NCBI RefSeq assembly: GCF_000621645.1
Contig: NZ_JHXR01000004.1
Coordinates: 60,001-92,000 of the forward strand
Reading direction: 5' to 3'
Length of the DNA stretch: 32,000 nucleotides
DNA from: Vibrio cholerae ATCC 14035
GTDB lineage: Bacteria > Pseudomonadota > Gammaproteobacteria > Enterobacterales > Vibrionaceae
The position numbers were made by a program, and so were the translations under genes. This document shows positions 9,979 through 16,968 of the stretch, piece by piece. Under the pieces are notes generated by a model. It worked only from the letters and a program-made list of their open reading frames with translations. It searched no databases and was not told where the DNA came from. Positions within the stretch are counted from its first letter, which is position 1, and every line of letters begins with the position of its first letter.

Positions 9979-10025
9979 ATGCCCTCAGGTCTGTGTTCCG
10001 CAGGCCTGATGGGCATTTCTTTTTC
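9979..10025 (+). terminator. Rho-independent terminator ending the msrB-ERIC transcript
   Basis: atgccctcaggtctg / caggcctgatgggcat forms a 15-bp stem with one bulge and one G-U pair. It is followed by TTCTTTTTC. Confidence 0.7.
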
Positions 10026-10032
10026 AATGGAA

Positions 10033-10119
10033 TTAGGTCAGTGCAAACGGTACGCGCTTGCCTTTTTTATTGGCAGGTTTATTCGGCTTTGGTTTCGGTG
10101 ATCTTTGGTTAGCAATCAT
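10033..10119 (-). CDS. Candidate 28-aa highly basic small protein (MIANQRSPKPKPNKPANKKGKRVPFALT)
   Basis: ATG at 10117-10119 (minus) is preceded by a perfect AAGGAG (rc of 10127-10132) with a 7-nt spacer. The TAA stop is at 10033-10035. It falls below the ORF-track length cutoff. Confidence 0.35.
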   Translation of the reverse strand: MIANQRSPKPKPNKPANKKGKRVPFALT

Positions 10120-10250
10120 GGTACAGCTCCTTGTGGTGTCTCAAGCAAGAGACAACGTTAAAACAGGATAACCAAACTGAAGCATTAAAAGATGAAGCAC
10201 TATTTGTACCAAAGTATAGAACAGACTGGTTCAAATGCTTATATCCGTCT

Positions 10251-10296
10251 TATCTCCTTCCTACTTGAAGCTGTAACTCCAAGTAGTGTGGGTATA
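10251..10296 (+). repeat. Miniature ERIC derivative (46 bp, the two termini fused)
   Basis: tatctccttcctacttgaagctg|taactccaagtagtgtgggtata contains only the left and right ERIC arms, with the central ~80 bp missing. Confidence 0.7.
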
Positions 10297-10454
10297 TTGG
10301 ATGCCGAGACTAATGTCAGACGCGGCGGCAAGTCGTTTGCGCTGAGAGTGTGGTGTAGTAGGCAAAATAAGTGAAGGCTTTTGCTTTGTTGTTCAGAGCG
10401 AGTAGACTGTGCCGCATTTGTTTTCATGCCTTAAAAAGAAGTAAGGATGCCCGC

Positions 10455-11480
10455 ATGTTAGATCGCTCATTCAGCGCCGAAATCCAACAACGAATCGATC
10501 AAAAAACCAAGCCACTCGGGGCGCTAGGGCAACTTGAGCGCGTCGCGCATCATTTAGCACTCATCCAAAGCCAAAACCAAGATCAAGCGGTAACTCAACT
10601 GGCGATTCATCAGCCGACCGTTTTGGTTTTTGCCGCCGATCACGGCATCGCTGCGCAAGGTGTCAGTATTGCGCCAAGCGCAGTGACTGAGCAAATGGTG
10701 CAAAACTTTCTCGCGGGCGGCGCGGCCATCAACTGTTTTTGTCGTACTGAACACGCCGCGATGCGGGTGATTGACTGCGGTATTTTGCGAGCTCAGCCCG
10801 CTCACGCGGATTTGATTGAGCAGCGTCTCGGTGCGGGCACGCATAATTTGGCCGAGCAAGCCGCCATGTCTTCAGAGCAGGTGCAAGAGGGAATCGCACT
10901 TGGCAAGGCGTTGATTCATCGTGAAGTTGAGTCGGGCTGTAATCTATTGATGTTTGGTGAGATGGGCATTGGCAATACCAGCAGTGCAGCAGCAATCTTG
11001 GCGGCACTCTCCGGCTTGCCGATTGAAGTGTGTGTTGGACGTGGCACCGGCATTACGGATGAGCAGTACCAACGTAAACGAGCGTTGGTTACCCAAGGTG
11101 TTGAGCGCTGTTTAGGCGCTGCGCCACAAGATGTCTTGCAGCAAGTTGGCGGGTTTGAAATTGTCCAAATGGTCGGGGCATTTATGGGGGCATACGAAAA
11201 GCAAACCCCAGTGCTGGTGGACGGTTTTATTGTGACGGTTGCCGCTTATGTTGCGACCTTAATCGAGCCAAATGTACGAGACTTTTTGCTGTTTGCCCAC
11301 TGCTCACAAGAAACGGGGCACCGCGCAGTATTAGAAATGCTGGCCGCAGAGCCACTGTTGGATTTAGGTTTACGTTTAGGTGAAGGTACCGGAGCTGTGT
11401 TGGCGCTGGGTCTTGTTCGTGCTGCAGTGGAGTTTTACAACCACATGGCCAGTTTTGCTGATGCAGGAGTCACAGTGTAA
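10455..11480 (+). CDS. cobT: Nicotinate-nucleotide--dimethylbenzimidazole phosphoribosyltransferase
   Basis: Motifs [23 protein letters not shown] and LGEGTGA. The ATG at 10455 (AAGGA 7 nt upstream) is preferred over the GTG at 10371. Confidence 0.9.
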
Positions 11481-12265
11481 TGGCGGCCATTTTACGTTAT
11501 CAACTGGAGCTGTTTTTGCTGGCCGTGAGCTTCTTCTCCCGCATTCCTGTGCCGGTGAGTTTGCCTTATAGCAGTGAGCGAATGAATCAAGCTGGGCGCT
11601 ATTTTGCTCTGGTTGGACTCCTGCTCGGGGCGATTTGCGCTTTGGTTTATTCGCTCGCGACGCAGCTTTTTTCTACCAACATCAGCGTGTTTTTGACCAT
11701 GGTGTTGAGCTTGTTATTGACCGGTGCCTTTCATGAAGACGGCTTAGCGGATATGGCTGACGGTGTGGGCGGTGGTATGACGGCTGAGCGACGTCTAGAG
11801 ATCATGAAAGACAGCCGCATTGGCACTTATGGCTCTAGCGCTTTGATTATGGTTTTGCTGGGTAAATATTTGCTACTCACCGAATTGGCCGATCTTACTT
11901 CACTGGTTCCTGTTTGGTTACTGGCTTATACCCTAAGCCGCGCGGTGGCGGCGTCTTTGATTCGTAATACGCCTTATGTCTCCGATACCGACAGCAGTAA
12001 AAGTAAGCCGCTGGCGCAGCAGCTGTCGGGTACGGATGTGGCCGTGTTATCCCTTACCGCCTTAGCGACACTGCTTTACTTCTCATGGCAGTTTATTGGA
12101 GTGATGATCGCCGCCAGCTTGATTTTCAGACAGATTTTCCGCCAATGGCTTATCAGACGTTTGGGTGGCTTTACTGGCGATTGCCTTGGCGCCGCACAGC
12201 AGTTGATGGAAATTCTGATCTATCTGATCTTGCTTGCTTTTTTACAGCATGAAGTGATGATTTAG
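11480..12265 (+). CDS. cobS: Adenosylcobinamide-GDP ribazoletransferase (cobalamin synthase)
   Basis: Polytopic membrane protein with the [12 protein letters not shown] motif. Its ATG overlaps the cobT stop (TAATG). Confidence 0.9.
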
Positions 12266-12273
12266 GGGGCAAA

Positions 12274-12813
12274 GTGACGGTTCATTTCGTTTTAGGTGGT
12301 GCCCGTAGTGGTAAATCGAGTTACGCAGAGTTACTCGCCAAACAAACTGCACAAGCTTTGGGGGCGACCTTGCATTATGTGGCGACCGCCACGGCCTTAG
12401 ATGATGAGATGCGCGAGCGGATTGCTCATCATCAAGCCCGACGAACCGCAGAGTGGAATGAACATGAAGTGCCGCTGGCTTTGGCTGAGGCGTTAACTCG
12501 CTTTCAACGCCAAGATTTGGTGTTAGTCGATTGCCTCACGTTATGGCTCAATAATCTGCTTTTTGAACACGAAGCCGCGCTCTGTGCAGCGCGGATTGAG
12601 CAGCATGTCGATTCGCTGTTGGCGGCATTGGCTCAAACCCAAGCTCACATTATTTTGGTCAGCAATGAAGTGGGTATGGGAGTCGTACCTATGGGCGAAT
12701 TGACTCGCATGTTTGTTGACCACGCGGGATGGATGAACCAGAAAATCGCGGCATTGGCCGATTCGGTAACGTTTGTCGTGGCGGGTCTGCCACAGCGTTT
12801 AAAAGGCGAGTAG
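12274..12813 (+). CDS. cobU: Bifunctional adenosylcobinamide kinase / adenosylcobinamide-phosphate guanylyltransferase
   Basis: 179 aa with the P-loop GGARSGKSSYAE and an LVSNEVGMG motif. It starts at a GTG 8 nt after cobS. Confidence 0.9.
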   Translation: MTVHFVLGGARSGKSSYAELLAKQTAQALGATLHYVATATALDDEMRERIAHHQARRTAEWNEHEVPLALAEALTRFQRQDLVLVDCLTLWLNNLLFEHEAALCAARIEQHVDSLLAALAQTQAHIILVSNEVGMGVVPMGELTRMFVDHAGWMNQKIAALADSVTFVVAGLPQRLKGE

Positions 12814-12819
12814 CAAGGC

Positions 12820-13422
12820 ATGATCCGAATTTGGTTACTGCGTCACGGCAAAACACAAGGCCCTGCAGCCCTGAATGGTATAACGGATGTCGCGGTGAAG
12901 CCGAGCGTGCAGCAAGCGATAGCCAGCCAATTGAGCACTTTGCCGTTTACTCGTGTGATAAGCTCCCCCTTACGTCGCTGCGCCGATCTGGCGCGATTGC
13001 TCCAATCAGCTCGTCCGCACGTTATGCTCGATTTCGACCCGCAGCTCCAAGAGCTTAACTTTGGTGAGTTGGATGGGCAAAGTTTTGCCGACTTGGAGAC
13101 TCAATGGCCAATATTGGATGCCTTTTGGCAAGACCCCGCAAAGAACACACTGCCACAAGCTGAACCTCTCGCTATGGCCTATCAAAGAGTGAGTCAAGCT
13201 TGGCAACAATGGTTACCTAAGCTTGAGAGCGATACGCTTATCCTCTGCCATGCAGGAACCATACGTTTGATTTTGGCACACGTATTGGGTGTCGATTGGC
13301 GCAACCCACACTGGCATACTCGGTTAACCATTCCTCATCAATCGGTGACAGAGCTTGTCCTTTATCCCGGTGAGCCACCGATAGTGAGCGTGACCAGCAT
13401 CGGAAATGCGCTTTGCCGTTAG
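12820..13422 (+). CDS. cobC: Histidine phosphatase family protein, probable alpha-ribazole-5'-phosphate phosphatase
   Basis: Contains the LLRHGKT catalytic motif and a C-terminal CHAGTIR motif. It sits directly after cobTSU. The functional assignment rests on context. Confidence 0.7.
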   Translation: MIRIWLLRHGKTQGPAALNGITDVAVKPSVQQAIASQLSTLPFTRVISSPLRRCADLARLLQSARPHVMLDFDPQLQELNFGELDGQSFADLETQWPILDAFWQDPAKNTLPQAEPLAMAYQRVSQAWQQWLPKLESDTLILCHAGTIRLILAHVLGVDWRNPHWHTRLTIPHQSVTELVLYPGEPPIVSVTSIGNALCR

Positions 13423-13510
13423 CCCATAAAGCGAATTGAATATGGAGCATCTCATTGAATTAGTGGTAGAATCCGCGCCTATATCGTCGTCTGGCTGGGA
13501 ATAAAAAGAT

Positions 13511-13627
13511 CTATTCCTTGATACTTGAAGCTGCAGCGGTGTTGGCTATATTCGCTCACCCCAATCACTGAGTATTTCTATGATGGGGGATCACTCTCCA
13601 CCTGCAACTCCAAGTCGTTTGGGTAGA
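13511..13627 (+). repeat. ERIC/IRU-type repeat (about 117 bp)
   Basis: ctattccttgatacttgaagctgcagcggtgttggctat...cgctcaccccaatcac...gggggatcac...ctgcaactccaagtcgtttgggtagag aligns with the 9846 copy along its whole length. Confidence 0.85.
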
Positions 13628-13737
13628 GTGCCGTTAACGACCACGGATATTGAATGGGTGATGATAAGTGCGATCATCTTGGCATAAATTGTTCGTACAA
13701 TTTCTTAACATACCGCTGTGCAATAAAGGAGTAGCGC

Positions 13738-14766
13738 ATGACGAAGTCTCTCTTCCGCCAATCTTTTCTTTTCGACAGCTTAGATCTTGACCATCCCATG
13801 GTCGCGCAAACCGTACGTACAGAGCAGGGTGTGACCTTAAAGCTGCATCAACGTGGCGTGTTGGAAGTGATCCCAGCTCAAACGGACGCGGCGACAAAAA
13901 ATATGGTGATCTCCTGTGGGGTACATGGTGATGAAACCGCACCTATGGAACTGCTGGATAAATGGATTGACGATATCGTCAGCGGATTTCAACCCGTTGC
14001 TGAGCGCTGCTTATTTATTCTGGCGCACCCGCAAGCCACGGTGCGCCATGTCCGTTTTATTGAGCAGAATCTCAACCGCTTATTTGATGATAAGCCCCAC
14101 ACTCCGAGCACTGAGCTGGCGATTGCCGATAACCTCAAAGTTCTGCTTAAACAGTTTTTTGCTAACACGGACGAGCACTCGCGTTGGCACCTAGATTTGC
14201 ACTGTGCCATTCGTGGCTCGAAACACTATTCGTTTGCAGTAAGCCCGAAAGCGCGTCATCCGGTGCGCAGCCGTAGCCTGATGCAATTTATCGAGCAAGC
14301 CCATATTGAAGCCGTGATGCTATCGAATGCGCCTTCCAGTACGTTTAGTTGGTATTCAGCCGAGCATTATGCTGCGCAAGCCTTAACCTTAGAGCTTGGT
14401 CAAGTGGCACGCTTAGGTGAAAATCTATTAGACCGTCTGCTGGCCTTTGATCTGGCGATGCGAGATCTCATCTCTCGCCATAAACCCGAGCACTTACCGA
14501 GAAAATCGGTGATGTACCGAGTCAGTCGCACCATAGTGCGTCTGCATGATGATTTTGATTTTCGCTTCAGTGACGACGTGGAAAACTTCACCGCCTTTAT
14601 GCATGGGGAAGTGTTTGGTCACGATGGTGATAAGCCTTTAATGGCGAAAAATGAAGGGGAAGCGATTGTTTTCCCGAACCGCAAAGTGGCCATTGGCCAG
14701 CGTGCTGCCTTGATGGTGTGTAAGGTGAACACGCGCTATGAAGATGACCAATTGGTGTACGACTGA
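13738..14766 (+). CDS. astE: Succinylglutamate desuccinylase / aspartoacylase family protein (AstE-like)
   Basis: 342 aa with the metal-site motif GVHGDETAP and a later DLHCAIR motif. The AAAGGAG SD lies 6 nt upstream of the ATG. Confidence 0.8.
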   Translation: MTKSLFRQSFLFDSLDLDHPMVAQTVRTEQGVTLKLHQRGVLEVIPAQTDAATKNMVISCGVHGDETAPMELLDKWIDDIVSGFQPVAERCLFILAHPQATVRHVRFIEQNLNRLFDDKPHTPSTELAIADNLKVLLKQFFANTDEHSRWHLDLHCAIRGSKHYSFAVSPKARHPVRSRSLMQFIEQAHIEAVMLSNAPSSTFSWYSAEHYAAQALTLELGQVARLGENLLDRLLAFDLAMRDLISRHKPEHLPRKSVMYRVSRTIVRLHDDFDFRFSDDVENFTAFMHGEVFGHDGDKPLMAKNEGEAIVFPNRKVAIGQRAALMVCKVNTRYEDDQLVYD

Positions 14767-14798
14767 TCTTGCTTGGTCATGATCTCCTTTCTATTTAA

Positions 14799-14832
14799 AT
14801 GGCTTAACGGTAAGGTTAGGCCATTCTTTTTT
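14799..14832 (+). terminator. Rho-independent terminator-like hairpin after astE, ending 3 nt before the btuC ATG
   Basis: atggcttaac-ggtaag-gttaggccat forms a 10-bp stem with one G-U pair. It is followed by TCTTTTTT (14825-14832). Confidence 0.6.
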
Positions 14833-14834
14833 CT

Positions 14835-15842
14835 ATGAACGACAAGATGGATTTTCATCGACTGCTTCAACATAAACAGCAACGCTGGCAGCGCAGCAGT
14901 TATCTGCTGGTCGGGCTGTTTTTGAGTGTGTGTGTCCTTTATTTGTTGGTGGGAGAGCTGTGGCTATCTCCTTTTTCCGCTTGGTCTTCTCTCGAACAGC
15001 AGTTGGTATGGGAACTGCGTTTGCCAAGATTACTGGCTGCGGCGGTGATTGGGGCTTCTCTGGCCGTGGCGGGAGCCACCTTACAAGTGTTGCTAGGCAA
15101 TGTGCTTGCTGAGCCGGGCGTGGTGGGGGTATCGGGTGGTGCAAGCGTGGCGATGGTGATTCTGCTGCTGTTTTTCCCGAGTTTAAATTCCCCTGTGGCT
15201 TTTATGGCGGCCGCGGTATTGGGCGCGCTGTTGTTTACATTGCTCTTGGTGGTGATGGCTCGTAAGTTACGCCTGACCACCGCAAGGCTATTACTGATCG
15301 GGGTCGCATTGGGGATTTTGTCTGGCGCGGTAGTCACTTGGGCTTTCTATTTCAGTGATGACCTTGGTTTGCGTCAACTGATGTACTGGTTAATGGGCAG
15401 TGTCGCAGGCGTCAGTTGGTATCAACATCTCCTCTCTTTGGTGGCGGTGCCTGTCGTGATTTGGCTTGTCTTGCAAGGTGGTGTTCTGGATAAGCTGATG
15501 CTTGGTGAAGGGCATGCCAAACAGTTAGGGGTCGATATTCATCGTGTTCGCTGGCGGCTCATTCTCGCTATCGCATTACTGGTCGGGGCTTCCGTCGCAC
15601 TAGGGGGAGTGATCGGTTTTGTTGGGTTAGTGGTTCCTCATTTGCTGCGTTTAACGCTAGGCTCGGAAAATCGTCTATTGCTGCCACTTTCTGCTCTGTG
15701 CGGCGCTTTATTACTGGTGAGTGCGGATCTGATTGCGCGTTTGGCGCTGGGCAGCGGCGAATTGCCATTGGGGGTAGTCACCACCACTCTGGGCGCGCCC
15801 ATTTTTATCTGGATGTTGGTGAGAAACCATGATTCGTGTTAA
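14835..15842 (+). CDS. btuC: Vitamin B12 ABC transporter permease
   Basis: FecCD-family permease resembling E. coli BtuC ([38 protein letters not shown]). The start is uncertain between 14835 and 14847, and neither has a good SD. Confidence 0.88.
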   Translation: MNDKMDFHRLLQHKQQRWQRSSYLLVGLFLSVCVLYLLVGELWLSPFSAWSSLEQQLVWELRLPRLLAAAVIGASLAVAGATLQVLLGNVLAEPGVVGVSGGASVAMVILLLFFPSLNSPVAFMAAAVLGALLFTLLLVVMARKLRLTTARLLLIGVALGILSGAVVTWAFYFSDDLGLRQLMYWLMGSVAGVSWYQHLLSLVAVPVVIWLVLQGGVLDKLMLGEGHAKQLGVDIHRVRWRLILAIALLVGASVALGGVIGFVGLVVPHLLRLTLGSENRLLLPLSALCGALLLVSADLIARLALGSGELPLGVVTTTLGAPIFIWMLVRNHDSC

Positions 15843-16584
15843 CAGCTTACAGGTGGATTCTCGTCTGCTGCCGTTGTCATTACAGGCTAACGCTGGCGAA
15901 GTTTGGCATGTGATTGGCCCCAACGGCTGTGGCAAAAGCACCTTGCTTGCCGCTTTAGCGGGGATGATCCCTTTCTCTGGATCTGTGCAGGTTGGTGGCT
16001 TAAACGTGAGTCAAGCAAGCTTATCTGAACTCGCCCGCCATCGCGCTTATCTGGCACAAAATGATAAACCCAGCTTTCAACTGCACGTTTTCCAATATTT
16101 GGCGCTGTCGGTTCCTGCGAACGTAGCCCTAGAACGCTCGGAAGTGGCCAGCGAAATCGATCAGATCAGCCGTTTACTCAATATTGATGACAAACTACAC
16201 CGTTCGATTCACCAGCTTTCTGGTGGTGAATGGCAGCGTGTGCGTCTAGCCGGAAGTTGTCTACAGGTCTCACCGGTTTTGAATCCTTCTGCGCGTTTAC
16301 TGATTTGGGATGAGCCAGCGGCACCCTTGGATATTGCGCAAGAAAGCCTGTTGTATCGTCTGATTGAGCGTATGGCAGGGCAGGGATTAACGGTGATCAT
16401 GGCCAATCATGACTTGAACCGCACTTTGCGTCACGCTGATCAAGTGTTACTGCTCAGTCGTGGCGTTCTATACCGTGCTGGAAGTGCGAAAGAGGTACTG
16501 ACTCAAGAAGTGCTGCAATCCGTGTTTGGCACGTCAATTCGCCGAGTGGAACTGGAAGGGCATCCTCACTTGCTGTTCGATTGA
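15829..16584 (+). CDS. btuD: Vitamin B12 ABC transporter ATP-binding protein
   Basis: Walker [10 protein letters not shown], signature LSGGEWQRV and Walker B LLIWDEP are present. It overlaps btuC by 14 nt. Confidence 0.9.
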   Translation: MIRVNSLQVDSRLLPLSLQANAGEVWHVIGPNGCGKSTLLAALAGMIPFSGSVQVGGLNVSQASLSELARHRAYLAQNDKPSFQLHVFQYLALSVPANVALERSEVASEIDQISRLLNIDDKLHRSIHQLSGGEWQRVRLAGSCLQVSPVLNPSARLLIWDEPAAPLDIAQESLLYRLIERMAGQGLTVIMANHDLNRTLRHADQVLLLSRGVLYRAGSAKEVLTQEVLQSVFGTSIRRVELEGHPHLLFD

Positions 16585-16630
16585 GCCTAAGACGCCAGCA
16601 TCTTATCAGGTGTTGCGTTGACCAATCATG

Positions 16631-16657
16631 GCGCATGGAGCACTGTTTTAGCGCATG
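16631..16657 (+). promoter_or_regulatory. Putative upstream activator sequence for the sigma-54 promoter
   Basis: GCGCATG is repeated exactly 20 bp apart (16631-16637 and 16651-16657). The repeats bracket a GCAC-N7-GCGC dyad (16640-16654). The element lies about 110-136 bp upstream of the predicted TSS. Confidence 0.35.
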
Positions 16658-16701
16658 TTGCTGGAAGAATAGGCGAGAAAGTTTTTTAGTATTTGTTTAT
16701 T

Positions 16702-16714
16702 TATCAATGATTTG
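16702..16714 (+). promoter_or_regulatory. IHF binding site
   Basis: TATCAATGATTTG matches the WATCAANNNNTTR consensus at every defined position. An A/T-rich tract precedes it, and it sits between the putative UAS and the -24/-12 element. Confidence 0.45.
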
Positions 16715-16740
16715 TGTTTTTTAACGCAAGGAAAAAATAT

Positions 16741-16756
16741 TGGCACACAATTCGCA
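16741..16756 (+). promoter_or_regulatory. Sigma-54 (RpoN) -24/-12 promoter
   Basis: TGGCAC-acaat-TCGCA compares with the consensus TGGCAC-N5-TTGCW. The GG and GC dinucleotides are 12 nt apart, as required, with one mismatch. Confidence 0.7.
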
Positions 16757-16766
16757 ATACTAGATT

Positions 16767-16926
16767 TGATACATTCTCGTTCTTGTTAGGCTCATCACTC
16801 TTCGGCAGATCCCTTGGCACTCTCTCCTGAATGGTGCCTTGGTATAAGAGTATTGAGTTTGTGCTGAACTGATTGGCCCCAATCAGACGCAGTATGCCAC
16901 CTTAGTGACTAAGGTGGCCTTTTTTT
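16767..16926 (+). ncRNA. Predicted sigma-54-dependent small RNA (about 160 nt), unnamed
   Basis: The transcript is bounded by the sigma-54 promoter (TSS estimated at 16766-16769) and the terminator at 16896-16926. The longest ORF is 13 codons with no SD. Internal hairpins are GGCAC/GTGCC, presenting the CU-rich loop tctctcctgaatg, and ctgatt-ggcccc-aatcag. Confidence 0.55.
16896..16926 (+). terminator. Strong Rho-independent terminator
   Basis: gccaccttag-tga-ctaaggtggc forms a perfect 10-bp stem followed by C and T7. Only the plus-strand orientation has a U-tract. Confidence 0.85.
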
Positions 16927-16968
16927 ATCTGGATACTCGATATCTTGCCAAGGTAAAGCAGAGGCTGA

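Noticed and set aside
10297-10454. A cobalamin riboswitch upstream of cobT, and likewise at 14767-14834 upstream of btuC.
   Set aside because: I could find no B12-box or GCCACTG core and none of the flanking conserved helices. The btuC upstream gap is only 68 nt and is filled by a terminator hairpin. A covariance-model scan is still needed for certainty.
13634-13942. The 102-aa minus-strand ORF overlapping the astE start.
   Set aside because: It overlaps the well-supported astE N-terminus and promoter region. It has no SD, and its His/Arg/Pro-rich composition is typical of an antisense frame.
16815-16830. A second TGGCAC motif inside the predicted sRNA could be another sigma-54 promoter.
   Set aside because: The sequence 12 nt downstream of the GG is TG, not GC (TGGCAC-tctct-CCTGA), so the -12 element is missing. 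The motif is better explained as the left arm of the GGCAC/GTGCC stem.
16767-16926. The sigma-54-dependent transcript might be one of the quorum-sensing Qrr sRNAs.
   Set aside because: The conserved Qrr core I recall (GGUCACCUAGCCAACUGACGUUGUUAGUGAA-like) is absent. The transcript is about 160 nt rather than about 100 nt. No TTGCA-N3-TGCAA LuxO-type site is visible upstream. The qrr genes are described at other loci (next to luxO and on chromosome II).
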